A stretch of DNA of 64,000 nt from Octopus sinensis (lineage: Eukaryota): the NCBI RefSeq assembly GCF_006345805.1, contig NW_021833075.1:1-64000 (forward strand). The letters are read 5' to 3'. The notes under the pieces are model-generated. The model was not told where the DNA came from and made no database searches. It worked only from the letters and a program-made list of their open reading frames with translations. A program made the position numbers and the translations under genes. Position 1 is the first letter of the stretch. Each line of letters opens with the position of its first letter. This document shows positions 25,559 to 37,910 of the stretch, in pieces.

Positions 25559-25885
25559 GTTTATAGTTAAATAGATGAGCTGGCTTCCTGTTCGTTTATA
25601 GCAGAATGGGTTCACTTATTGAATATTGGTTTGTAGTTGAAAGGATTATGTCATTGGGTTTTGCTTTCTAACTGAAAGAATAAAGTGAGTGTATGTTAGT
25701 TTATAACAGAAAAAAATAAATGAACTTATTTAATGTTGCATTATAGCAGGAAGGATTATGGTATTGGCTGTTGGTTTAAAATTGAAAGGATTAAGTTATT
25801 ACGTGTTAGTTTATTTTACAGCTGAAAAGATTAATTTAAAAGATGATAGTTTGTAGCTGAAAGCTATGACTTATTCTAATGTTTG
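25559..25885. repeat. Degenerate 35-bp tandem array, ~9 units
   Basis: Units start at 25559, 25594, 25629, 25664, 25699, 25739, 25774, 25809 and 25849. Consensus is approximately GTTT(A/G)TAG(C/T)(T/A)GAAAGGATTA-N10-TGTT(G/A). Confidence 0.75.
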
Positions 25886-26371
25886 AATATATATCTATAT
25901 TAACCGCTTTGTTTGTCCCTTTGAAACCAACGTAATATTCTGTATTGGTACTGCATGGCGTCGAAAATATTAGCAGACTAATATTTGCGGCTGTTGCTTT
26001 TGAAAATTGCTAATCACAAATGAAGGAACATTTAAACAAAGAAAAAGATCAACAACAGTAAAAATGGATTTAGTTTCTTGTACAAATTATTGAACATTTT
26101 TTCAATTCAATAGATTTGCCAACGGAAAATAAAATAACGTTAGAAATTGGAGAAAAAGATTTCATTAAAAAAGTGAAATACTGCACAGTGATCATTGTTG
26201 TTATAGTATGCAAAACAATTTTTTGTCTTTTTACCTGTTTGGAAACCCTGCTGGACGACCAACACAATTTGTTAAAAGAAAAACGAACTCAATACAGTAT
26301 ATGATCATCCACATAACATATCTATATTGCTATATTTAACCATGAAACTCTATATGGTTTGTAATAATAAT

Positions 26372-26725
26372 AATCCTTTCTATTAAAGGCACAAGGCATG
26401 AAATCTTGGGGAGGGAGCTAGTCGATTACATCGACTTCAATACTTAACTAGTGCTTATTTCATTGAGCCCGAAAGGATCCAAGGTAAAGTCGACCTCGAC
26501 GGAACTTGAACTGAAAACGTGAAGACGGACGAAGTGGCGCTAAGAAATTTGCCCGACGTGCTAACGATTCTGCCAGTTCGCTGCCTTAATAAAAATGATG
26601 ATTATGATGATAATAATTGTAATAAAGGGTTCAAACTTTGGCATAAGGCCACCAATTTCAGGGGAGTGGGTAAGTCGATTGCATCGACGCCACTACTCAA
26701 CTGGTACTTATTTTATCGATATCGA
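26372..26725 (-). mobile_element. One full and one partial degenerate SINE family A copy
   Basis: Tail ggcacaaggcatgaaat, core gtcgacctcgacggaacttgaac, head gattctgccagttcgctgcctt. Confidence 0.75.
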
Positions 26726-26759
26726 AATGATGGGAGTGCCGCTGGATTATAGAAATAAA

Positions 26760-27660
26760 GGGAAATAAAAGGGAACGTCTCGAAAGGTACAAGATGAGGC
26801 TTAGAAACAACACTAACTGGAAGTAAGGCAATGGATGTGTGGGTCGTCTGAGTGTTGAGACACTCTACTATTTTGCTTAAGTGGACGAACACAGAGCTAC
26901 AAGAACTGGATGGAAGAACTAGAAAACTACTCACAATGCAAGACATACATCAACCTGAAAGTAATGTCGACAGGTACTTCTGACAAAGGAAGTTATGATT
27001 TAGAGGTTTGTTGAATGCAGAAAAATCTATCATTTTGGTTTTCAAAAATTAACTATGTTGTGCATTGTGAGGATAGACTATTATCTGCAGCCAGAAATAT
27101 CGAAGAAATCAATTAAAAAATGAAAGATTTCAAGAATAGAAATAAGTAAATGGAATGACTATTTAGATAGAAAAATTATGAATGTATAGAAATACGGACG
27201 AAAATATTAATCATCTGCTAAGCGAGTGAAGTAAGGTAGCGTAAAAAGAGAATAAACAAAGATGTCTTTGGGTCTGAAAAGATGAGAAATGGGTGTGAAT
27301 ACGAGACAGAGTCGATATAAACATTATAATTACACGATTTTATGGGATTTTCTCACACAGAATAACCATACTATGGAGGTAAGAAAACCAGATAAGTTCG
27401 TAGATTAATAAAGAGGAAGCAGTCTAAGACTAATTTACAATCCAATATGATTGTAGAATGGATAACAAAGAAATTGAGAAACTCGAGAAACATCCAGACT
27501 AAACCACAAAGATGAAGAGATTGCCGTTCATGTGGTAACTCGTGCATGCTCAGCTACAACTTAAGAGCTGAATGATATTGGAATTGAGAAGCGTATAGCC
27601 GTCATATAGAAAAGTGTCACTCTGCATTCTGTAAGAATCCTAAGTATCTTGAAATTTGAG
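26760..27660 (+). pseudogene. Old decayed R4/Dong element, a third family
   Basis: Conceptual translation gives KAMDVWVV*VLRHSTILLKWTNTELQELDGRTRKLLTMQDIHQPESNVDRY, TILWDFLTQNNHTMEVRKPD and KEIEKLEKHPD. These are R4/Dong RT C-terminal and RLE motifs with many stops. Confidence 0.75.
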
Positions 27661-27704
27661 AAAACTTTTGCCCCAAAGCGCTAATTTTTTTTATCCGGTC
27701 ACCT

Positions 27705-27712
27705 CCTTAATG

Positions 27713-27779
<67 letters not shown>

Positions 27780-27793
27780 TAATAATAATAATA

Positions 27794-27861
<68 letters not shown>
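27705..27861. repeat. (TAA)n microsatellite
   Basis: Direct reading. Confidence 0.95.
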
Positions 27862-27863
<2 letters not shown>

Positions 27864-28753
27864 AATCCAAACTAAAAATAGAACAGCAACGAGCCATGAT
27901 AAAACGATGGCAAGAAAATCCCCTTCATGGTAAATACTGCACTAAACTAAACGCAAAAGAAATAGACAAAGAAAAATCCCAGCAATGGTTGAGAAGCTCA
28001 GGACTCAAAGCAGAGACAGAGGGATTTTTAATTGCAGCACAAGACCAAAGCCTCCCCACCAGAAATTACCAAAAACATGTAATGAAAAGAAATATTACAA
28101 GTAACTGCAGAATATGTGGAGATGGACAAGAAACAATAAATCATATTATCTCTAGCTGCCCAGTCCTGGTTAAGAAGGAATATATTCACAGACATGACAG
28201 AGTTGGAACCTACATACATTGGAAGCTATGCCAACATTATGGAATAACAACAGAAAAAGATGGCATAGGCACACACCAGAAAAGGTCACAGAAAACGAGA
28301 AAGCAACCATACTCTGGGATATGCCGATACACACAGATAGAGAAATTAAGGCCAACAGACCAGATATAGTTGTCAGAGATCATGAAGAAAAAAAATGCTT
28401 TCTAATTGATGTATCAATACCGGCAGATGACAACGTGTCTCTAAAAGAAATGGAGAAACTCTCAAAATACAAAGACCTGGAAATAGAGGTAACTAGAATG
28501 TGGAACCTGAAAACAGAAACAATTCCTATCATAGTAGGTGCATTAGGCATGATAAAAAAATATTCAGACAAATACATAACAAAAACACCAGGACTTACAA
28601 ACACATATAACATACAGAAAACTGCACACATCCTACGCAGAACACTTTCCATACAATAACCATCAGAGCATCACAACAAATCACAGCACATACCCAAGGC
28701 ACACAGAGCTGCGCTCGGTAGTGAAGTGAAAGCACGCTATAAAAATAAAACTA

Positions 28754-28756
<3 letters not shown>
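27862..28756 (+). pseudogene. 5'-truncated R4/Dong family 1 copy
   Basis: ORFs 27656-28369 and 28219-28659 (one frameshift) give WQENPLHGKY, WLRSSGLKAETEG, a CCHC knuckle, RPDIVV, LIDVSIP and EKLSKYKDL. 3' UTR ends actactg followed by (aat)n. Confidence 0.93.
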
Positions 28757-28786
<30 letters not shown>

Positions 28787-28790
<4 letters not shown>

Positions 28791-29852
28791 TTTGCTATTG
28801 ATCTCGTGCAGGATACCCAAACTGAACAACCCGAGGGAAGTACGGCAACTATTGTTGCAAAGAAGGTGAAAATGATGGCAATGAAAAAAGCGCACGAGCA
28901 ATTGGCTGATAGGTGGGAGGAGAAACCTCTGCACGGCAAATATGTGACCCGCAGCAAACAAGCTGATGTTGACCAGAAGCAAACCCATCAGTGGCTGCGG
29001 AGCTCAGGGCTAAAAGCAGAGAGCGAAGGTTTCATCCTGGCTGCTCAAGACCAAAGCCTATCAACCCGGAACTACCAGGCCAATGTGAGGAAAAATGGAG
29101 CAGACCCAAAATGCCGATTCTGCAATGACATGATTGAAACAGTGGACCACCTAATCTCTGGATGTAAAGTCTTAGCACCAGTGGAGTATAAATTAAGACA
29201 TGACAGAGTTGGCCAATATCTCCACTGGCTAATAAGTCGGCATTACAATATCAAAACTGCCGACAAGTGGTATAATCACCACCCTGAGGCTGTAACTGAA
29301 GGAGAAAATGTAACCATTCTGTGGGACTTTCCAGTACATACAGACCGAACCATCAAGGCCAATAAACCAGATATTGTTGTGAAAAACCAAAACAATAAAG
29401 TTTGCTTATTGATCGACATGAGCATCCCCTGTGATCATAATATCTCAGCGAAAGAGTTTGACAAGCTCAGAAAATATAAAGACCTACTCATTGAAATTGA
29501 GAAAATGTGGCATCTCAAGGCGGTTACAATACCAGTGATCGTAGGAGCACTAGGAATGATCAAGAAGGGAACCGAAAATTATATGAGAATGATCCCTGGC
29601 TTACCATCCCTGCAAGAAGTGCAAAAGATTGTCTTAACTGGTACATCACGCGTATTGAGAAGAGCATTGTCGATGTGAGAACTGTTGCTGCTCATGCATT
29701 TTAATTTAACTTTAAAAAAAAAAAAAAAAAATTAACGAACTACTGAGTTTGGTTTAATGGCCTACCAATATACACTATGAGTTTCTTTGCCCTAGGAGTC
29801 GGGAAGACACTCGGCAAGAAATGGAAGAAAATTTGAAAGAAGAAAAAAAAAA

Positions 29853-29853
<1 letters not shown>
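28787..29853 (+). pseudogene. 5'-truncated R4/Dong family 2 copy with an uninterrupted 290-codon C-terminal ORF
   Basis: ORF 28806-29678: WEEKPLHGKY, WLRSSGLKAESEG, CRFCNDMIETVDHLISGC, KPDIVV, LIDMSIP, KLRKYKDL. Distinct 3' UTR. Flanked by (TAA)n. No RT domain, so non-autonomous. Confidence 0.93.
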
Positions 29854-29889
<36 letters not shown>

Positions 29890-29934
29890 TGATGATGACA
29901 ACAACAACAACAATAATAATAATAATAATAGTAA

Positions 29935-30125
29935 TTCTTTCCATTATAGGCATAAGGCCTAAAATTTTGGGGATCGGGGACTAGTCGATCCCAATCTTCC
30001 ACTGGTACTTAATTTATCGACCCCGAAAGGATGAATGACAAAGACGACCATGGCGGAATTTGAACTCAGAACGTAAAGACGGACAAAATGCCACTAAGCA
30101 TTTTTCCCGGCGTGCTAACCATTCT
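29935..30125 (-). mobile_element. SINE family A monomer
   Basis: Tail-core-head motifs on the minus strand. Confidence 0.8.
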
Positions 30126-30294
30126 GCCAACAACAAAAACAACAACTGAGAATCACCATAACTGATCAATAGATCGGTACAAAAGGTATGTCAGTTTATT
30201 GGCACTAGACTTCATTTACAATAAATAAACAAAACAAAAAAAAAGGTTAACATTCACAATAAATAAACAAAACAACAAAAAATGTTATTTTAGA

Positions 30295-31192
30295 ACATGG
30301 TTGAGTCCATAAAATAGGATTTGACTACGCCTCCATTTAGAGCACAGTTTAAATGATCTTTTCGTGGAAGAAGGTTTATGTTCCTATAACCTGTGTTAAT
30401 TCTGTAACCCTTTAAAATGGAAGATAAGAAAGTTCGTTTTCGGAACTTGATGCTTTGGGAATCAGACAAAAATTGCTGCAGCTCGGCTGGTATGTGTTAC
30501 CCCACCCTCCATATTCCCCAGATATTGCTCCTTCGGATTTCCACTTATTCAGATCTCTGCAGATTAGTCTTAATGGTAAAAATTTCAATTCCTTGGATGA
30601 CGTAAAAAGATATCTTGATGAATTATTTGCCATGAAACCACCTCATTTCTGGGAAGAGGGTATTTTCAAGTTAAAGGAAAGATGAAGACGCATTGTGCAA
30701 CAAAATGGTTCATATTTGGTTGATTAAAAACGTAATGGCAAGTATTTATTGACCTTTTTCTTTCCTTTAAAAATCGGCACGAACTTTCCGGACAGGGAAG
30801 CACTCCGTCGGTTACGATGATGAGGGTTCCAGTTGATCCGAATCAACGGAACAGCCTGCTCGTGAAATTAACGTGTAAGTGGCTGAGCACTCCACAGACA
30901 CGTGTACCCTTAACGTAGTTCTCGGGGATATTCAGCGTGACACAGAGAGTGACAAGGCCGGCCCCTTGAAATACAGGTACAACAGAAACAGGAAGTAAGA
31001 GTGAGAGAAAGTTGTGGTGAAAGAGTACAGCAGGGATCACCACCATCCCCTGCCGGAGCCTTGTGGAGCTTTAGGTGTTTTCGCTCAATAAACACTCACA
31101 ACGCCCGGTCTGGGAATCGAAACCACGATCCTATGACTGCGAGTTCGCTGCCCTAACCACTGGGCCATTGCGCCTTTTTGGACAACCCAATA
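30295..31192 (+). pseudogene. Internally deleted mariner (DD34D-type) element, right TIR split by a SINE
   Basis: ORF 30455-30685: LGWYVLPHPPYSPDIAPSDFHLFRSLQ...GIFKLKER. The TIR reads aaatcggcacgaactttccggaca, is interrupted by the SINE, and resumes acccaaTA. The left boundary is approximate. Confidence 0.88.
30795..31174 (-). mobile_element. tRNA-derived SINE family C, full length, with ~10-bp TSD
   Basis: Head ggcgcaatggcccagtggttaggg...ggtttcgattccc. TSD tttccggaca (30785-30794) and tttttggaca (31175-31184). Confidence 0.9.
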
Positions 31193-31448
31193 CTTGATTA
31201 ACGCAGTCCAACTGTCTGCAAAAAAGATGAGCTCACTTAGTAGGGTGTGGTTCATTGCTGTTATTGTTGTCATCGTAGTAAAGCTAAACAAATGTTTTAT
31301 CAGCATGCAGTGTTGATTGCAGACAGAACGATGAGCGTATTGTGATGACAGTTGTTTTGACTACACAAAGAAAAGATTCTCAATCATGACCCAACGATCC
31401 TCTAATAAGACCCAGTTTAAATATTTTCACAAAACATTTTGTAATAAA

Positions 31449-31866
31449 AGGCGCAGGAGTGGCTGTGTGGTAAGTAGCTTGCTTACCAACCACATGGTTC
31501 CGGGTTCAGTCCCACTGCGTGGCATCTTGGGCAGGTGTCTTCTGCTATAGCCCCGGGCCGACCAATGCCTTGTGAGTGGATTTGGTAGACGGAAACTGAA
31601 AGAAGCCTGTCGTATATATGTATATATATATATGTGTGTGTGTGTGTTTGTGTGTCTGTGTTTGTCCCTCTTAGCATTGCTTGACAACCGATGCTGGTGT
31701 GTTTACGTCCCCGTCACTTAGCGGTTCGGCAAAAGAGACCGATAGAATAAGTACTGGGCTTACAAAGAATAAGTCCCGGGATCGATTTGCTCGACTAAAG
31801 GCGGTGCTCCAGCATGGCCGCAGTCAAATGACTGAAACAAGTAGAAGAGTAAATGAGTAAAGAGTA
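31449..31866 (+). mobile_element. CORE-type SINE family B, full length
   Basis: aggcgcaggagtggctgtgtggtaag...ctgaaacaagtagaagagt. Confidence 0.93.
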
Positions 31867-32687
31867 ATAGCGCCAACAGCAACACCAACATCTACTGTGA
31901 CCGACTCGGTCACAGTAGATGTTGTGAAAATAGTATTCTGATATATAGACTTTTGTTGGATTGTTAAATCTCAATGTAATCCGCACAACAGTAAATTACA
32001 TGCAATAACAATCGTACTTGCTTTCATTCAAGATATTCTTCAATGTATTTCATACTCTCCCCCTCACCAACCTCCCACTTACACATATCTATATAAGCAC
32101 GCGTAAACACACACACACACACACACACTGGCTGGCACAAAAGCAAACAAAATATCCCTCCTATAAATTCAAACATAATGTAATTAAAAAAAAGAAACCT
32201 AGTTTCTGCTGTCAAGGGCACATGGACTATTTTACAGAACAGATTTGAAATATAATGCCAAAAATCACGACCACTATAACCACTGCAGCAGCAACACCTC
32301 CACTACCATCGTCACAAAATCCACCACCACCACCACTAGACAAACCACCGTCGACGCTACCAACCTCTCCGCCGACACCACTAACGCATTCACTAGTTTC
32401 CTCAAATCCACGAAACCTCTTCTAGGACAACGTCACCACCACTAATACTATCATTGTCCTACGCGAAACTATTACTAAGACCACTGCTCTCTTTGATACC
32501 CCCATCTCTATCTCTCCCCCTCACGCACACACACACACATACACGTATACATGCATACATACATGTATATATACATAATATATATGCACACATATATATA
32601 TACACACATATATATATATGTATGTATATATATATAAATACACATATATACACGTGCGTGGGCACTCACCCCTTCCCCACACATATA

Positions 32688-32817
32688 TAGGTGGCTGTAT
32701 CAAATGGTTCCGGGTTCAGTCCCACTGCATGGCACCTTGGGCGAGTTAGTTCTACTGTAGCCCCGGGCCGAAGTTAGCCTTGTGTGGATTTAGTAGATGA
32801 AAACTGAAAGAAGTCTG

Positions 32818-32820
<3 letters not shown>
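32688..32820 (+). mobile_element. 5' half of CORE SINE family B running into (CA)n
   Basis: ggttccgggttcagtcccactgcatggcaccttgggc...aaactgaaagaag. Confidence 0.75.
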
Positions 32821-32862
<42 letters not shown>

Positions 32863-32912
32863 ACACACACACAGACACACACACACAGACACACACAGAC
32901 ACACACACACAC

Positions 32913-32952
<40 letters not shown>

Positions 32953-33753
32953 AGCCCTAAAATGTCAGGAGGTATGAGAGGTGAATATATTTATTTAACC
33001 GCTTGTCATACTTAGGATTATGACCGTCTTGCAGCCTTTAACGAACAGTAATAATTGCAGAGTATAATAAATAATTTTACTTGTCTGCACTAATGTGCAT
33101 GCTACGCATTATACAATACGCTTGTATATTTATAAATCAGTACAAATAAAGAAAGCTAGCTCATCAGATCACTAGAACATCATGGCTATACCAATTCTTT
33201 AACTCTAAGTATACATCTTTACAATTTACTCTTTATACAATTTACTCTTTACATATATAATGTATGGAAGGCTGATACTAGATGAATGTAGCTTGATATG
33301 GCTATTGAAAATAAACATAAATAATAAAGATATTTTGTTTCATGTCGCTTAAGGTGTTTGATCTACGTTCAGTGAATGGACTATACCCAATATTTACAAA
33401 AGACTGGAAGAGATAGGAGGGGAATCAAAGTAGTTACATTAATTATAAGAAAAAATTAGAAAGTATATAAAAGTACTATAAAAATGTAATAAAATATAAT
33501 TTAAATGAATTCAAAAGAAAAGAGACAGCCTAAGATTAAACTAAAAAATAGTATTAAACAAAAATATTTTCAAATTGGGTTACAGGTCAGAAGACCTCAA
33601 AATATTTTCTATCCAAATGAATTGTGAAACCAAAACAGTATTTACATCTACATAGAAGCATACACATCACTAAATGCATACAAAACCTCATACATACATA
33701 TGCACACAATATAAATATGAATATACTTACACACCTCTATGTATAAGGATATG

Positions 33754-34530
33754 TACGAGGTGGGTTCGAGAAACATCTAACCGTATTTTCTCGCCAAAAC
33801 TAATGCCGTGTGTATAAAATCTTTTGGGTGGGATATGACGCAACCCTTCCTGCGCATGTATGAATATTTTTGCTCCAGTGGGCCACTTCACTTCCCGGCT
33901 GTTACGCCTAGAGGAAAAGCTGTGTAGCGCACGCTCATCGGATTTTCGTTTTCTCGGGGTATGATGACCGAATGGATCGAGCTGAGACCAAAAACCCATG
34001 TGTTATCACGAGTGACGATAGTCTTTATGAAGTCTGGGTGAAGGTTTCCACATCTTGAGTGATTTCCATGCATATCCTGAGTGATTTCCATGCGGAGTTG
34101 CTTCTGTTACTCTGCCAGCACCTTGGGGAACGAGTTTCTCCGACACTCTCTGCATGCACAAATCCTTCGTTAAAATGGATTGTACTGGTCCTGTGCCTAT
34201 TCCCACTTCGTGGGCAATTTCCTGGGTTGTTACACGACGGTCGTCTATGGCCATTTACCAAATCTTCTCAATCTGTTCTTCGTTTCGGCTGGTGGATGGC
34301 CTGTCTGAGCGTGCCTCCATCTCCATTGAGGTGGTTGAAGCGGTTGTACCACTCCAAGATCTGAGATTTTCCCATGACATCATCGCCAAAGACCTACTGA
34401 ATCTTCTGGATAGTTTGAGCTTGAATATCACCAAGCCTTTTACGAAACTTGATGTAATGTCCCTGCTCCGTGTATTTGGTAAAAACGAAAATCCGACGAA
34501 TGCGCATTTAACTTCTGCACTCTAGGAGGC
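33754..34530 (-). pseudogene. Decayed mariner element
   Basis: Minus-strand peptides HYIKFRKRLG, MGKSQILEWYNRF, DDRRVTTQEIAHEVGIGTGPVQSILTKDLCMQRVSEKLVP and IVTRDNTWVFG. TA-cgagg TIR at 33754. Confidence 0.88.
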
Positions 34531-35443
34531 ATAACAACCAGGAACTGAGGCAGTCTATCGGCGTGCAAATTTTAGTGATACGCAGAAAGGGTGGCGTCAT
34601 CTCTCACTCTAAAAATTTTGCCCACACATGCTTCCAGTGTGCTTGTTCAAATACAATCAATACGAATACGTAGATTATAATATTTAAAACATTTTCTTTG
34701 CCTCTGTGTGTTTGTGTGTGTGTATGTGTGTGTGTGTGTGAGTATGTGTGTTTATGCATATGTGCGTGAAGTGAAAAGGTTTCAAGAACAGATGAAACGA
34801 AGTAACGTTATAAAAGGAGACACACATTCTAATGTTAGTCTATCGCTCACACTAAGAATAAAGCGTTCTACGTTTCGGGTATTAGGGCTCCTTCAGTTAT
34901 AAGCCGAAAAGAAAAGCACGGTATTACAGATTGTGGTTCAGGTAGCATGATGTAGTTAGTTGGACATTGGAAGACTTCGTTTGAACGTCGGATAAAGTAC
35001 TTTGCAGAACTAGTTTCATATCTAGATTTTTTCCTCACTTAGTAAAACAAGACATACACACACCAACACACACAAACACACTTAAACACATATGTATCTG
35101 CATACATATATATAAAAAATATATATACTTACATATAAGAGACCAAAGTGTACGTACGCCGCTTGTATTTTTATGTATATATATATATATATATAACGAT
35201 GAATAACCTTCGCGTAAACACTGGTTCCTTTTGTTCTCTTACTTTATTATCATCTTATAATCATCTCATAATAATGACCTTTATGACTCGTATTACTACC
35301 TCAGTCAATCTAAATGTATATATTTGTCACTACCTGTCATAAATAAAGCCTTTTTCTATTTGCAATATGCATTTTCGTTGATTTTTTATATTTTACCCTT
35401 ACATTTCCACGTGTATTTTATATTTTCTTTTCGTAACATATTC

Positions 35444-35513
<70 letters not shown>

Positions 35514-35614
35514 TATATATATAAATATAAGGATAAGATCGTTATTTAAATACCTATCTTATCAGGTGGCCAGCATGGGAATAAAAACCTTCAAAGGTAA
35601 TAATTATTATTCAA

Positions 35615-35795
35615 ATTATAATTTAGGGTATCTAAGAGATACCACCATGCTGGAAATAGCACATTAAAACCACATTCCTCTAAATAGCACATTAAAACCA
35701 CATTGATTCTAAAACCACATTAATGTGGTTTTAGAATCAAGTTTTGGTTGCTATTTCCAGCGTGGTGGTATCTCTTAGATACCCTAGATTATAAT
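35615..35795. repeat. Nested fold-back: 47-bp outer arms plus a 38-bp perfect inner palindrome
   Basis: 35615-35661 pairs with 35749-35795. ttgattctaaaaccacattaatgtggttttagaatcaa lies at 35703-35740. Confidence 0.9.
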
Positions 35796-35847
35796 ATAAA
35801 TTATATATGTATATATATATATATATATAAATTATATATGTATATAT

Positions 35848-35896
<49 letters not shown>

Positions 35897-36149
35897 AATG
35901 AAAGACGGAAGATGGAATCTAGCATCTATCCCTCACGGTTGGGACACTCAATAACTGGTTCAGGAGCATCTATTTATCACTCGATGAGAAACATCGGGTG
36001 ATAAATAGACACAACTCGTTAAAATAACAGTTCTGCAATGTAACTTTCCTTTTGTAGAAAGAAAAGCATCCAGACGGAGGAAATATCTTCATTTACATAG
36101 AAGATCAAAAATAAAACACACAATACAGCAAGGAAAGTATTAAAAAATA

Positions 36150-36387
36150 ACCTATTTCTTTATTACCCACAAGGGGCTAAACATAGAGGGGACAAACAAG
36201 GACAGACATAGGTATTAAGTCGATTATATCGACCCCAGTGCGTAACTGGTACTTAATTTATCGACCCCGAAAGGATGAAAGGCAAAGTCGACCTCGGCGG
36301 AATTTGAACTCGCAACGTAACGGCAGACGAAATATCGCTAAGCATTTCGCCCGGCATGCTAACGTTTCTGCCAGCTCGCCGCCTTAA
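36150..36387 (-). mobile_element. SINE family A: head plus one unit, ending at the linker junction
   Basis: On the minus strand the element ends at the linker end aaagaaatagg, with no monomer-type tail. Confidence 0.88.
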
Positions 36388-36599
36388 AAAAATAACCGTT
36401 AGCAAATATGGATGCATAAATGCCCTCGAGTAAGCTGCATGGCGCAGGTGCACTCGCTCATACAAGTATCCGCAAAAATGTGAGCATACGCACACGTGAG
36501 ATTTGGTGAACTCATGATCACAAAACGAGTTAACTATGTACTCGGTGTTTGTAAGAATGAGATTAGAAGTAAATTTAAGTCATCCATACCTTAAAGTAA

Positions 36600-37500
36600 A
36601 TTATGATAACAGTTACTCAATATTCATTCCTACTGCTTTGTGCAAAAGTACATTTATATGCGTGTAGGCATCTCGAGAGTCTTTCAGAAAGTATATTAAA
36701 GATCTCATCAGTCCACAGAATAGACAGGGATTTGTCGGAGCAGAGACGGCATCTTCTGGAAATTATATTTTATGTTTTCGCGTGCCTTACTATGGACCAA
36801 GTTATGCTATACTTCATATTATCCTCCTTCAGTCGCCATGCAATATCGGCCAAAGATGTTGAATGTCTCATGTTGATTGTCTTAAAGTTGGCAACATGAT
36901 TACGATAACCATTCTTAAATGAATCAGCCAATGTTAACATACGGCCCTCCCCTTGTGCACACGGTGCATTTATATACAAGATTTGTACTCATACAGAGAT
37001 TCATCAATGGACATTTTGATTTTTCTCTGTATGAGCACTTATCGTATTTAATTGTATATAATGCAGTCCCGACTCCATTTACCGATGTTGTTACCGTGTT
37101 TACTGTATCATAAATATTTCTACTGTTACGATTTGGCCATAATTGGTATTATTCATTACGGTTTATATCACCTTTGCTAGTATTTAGATGCGTATTTTCG
37201 CTAGATCCAATAGGTGGGTTATTGAACTTTTGTCACATTTTGCTGTTGTTTATGCGATGCTTAAGCTGCTCTACATTAGCAGAGTTGGTCTAAGATACCG
37301 TCACGGTGTGCCGATTAAAAATAGCATGATACCGATTAGATTTGTAAAAAAAACATTTGTCCAAAGCAGCAAAAAATTTTCCAGCGATCTTGGTTGAAAC
37401 ATGCGAACAGAAATTCGGGTTCAACAAGAGGACAATCTGCCTCCTATATCTGTTGTTAGGCTTATTTGATCCAGTACAGTACTGAAACAAGCAGTTGGAT
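36600..37500 (-). pseudogene. Penelope-like element relic (RT C-terminus plus GIY-YIG; Naiad-like by my recollection)
   Basis: RRQIVLLLNPNFCSHVSTKIAGKFFAALDKCF...HAIFNRHTVTVS; FKNGYRNHVANFK...TSLADIAWRLKEDNMKYSITWSI; SRRCRLCSDK...LSERLSRCLHAYK. Confidence 0.8.
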
Positions 37501-37758
37501 AATTATTTCGTGTGTGTCTATGAGTTTTCATTGGTAGTTCATTGACATGACCAATTCTTCCTGGCCTGTATTCTCTATCTCAGTGAGTTTTCAAACCGTG
37601 ACGTTGTGATGGTGTACAATGTGTATTACAATTGGGGAATTATCAGTGTTGAATATGACTGCTTCTTGTATATATTCAATTTTTTCACGGTACCCAGTCC
37701 TAGCTAGAGCAGTATTATAATAAGTTGCATATGATATATACATCTACATATATTTATA

Positions 37759-37797
<39 letters not shown>

Positions 37798-37910
37798 TCA
37801 CACACACATACGTAGATCATTTAGTTTACTGTTTCCATTATGGTAAGATCAGCAAAAAAAATTCTCCATCCAGTGAGTATACACTGTATTAAAATACAAT
37901 TTGTTGCCGT

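Noticed and set aside
25559-25885. CRISPR array (GTTT...GAAAG repeat with variable spacers)
   Set aside because: The conserved block is itself degenerate, the variable part is only ~10-15 nt, there are no cas genes and the context is eukaryotic. Kept as a minisatellite-like finding.
36680-36725. Hammerhead-like CUGAUGA...GAAA on the minus strand
   Set aside because: Helix I and helix II do not pair, and it lies inside the PLE coding relic.
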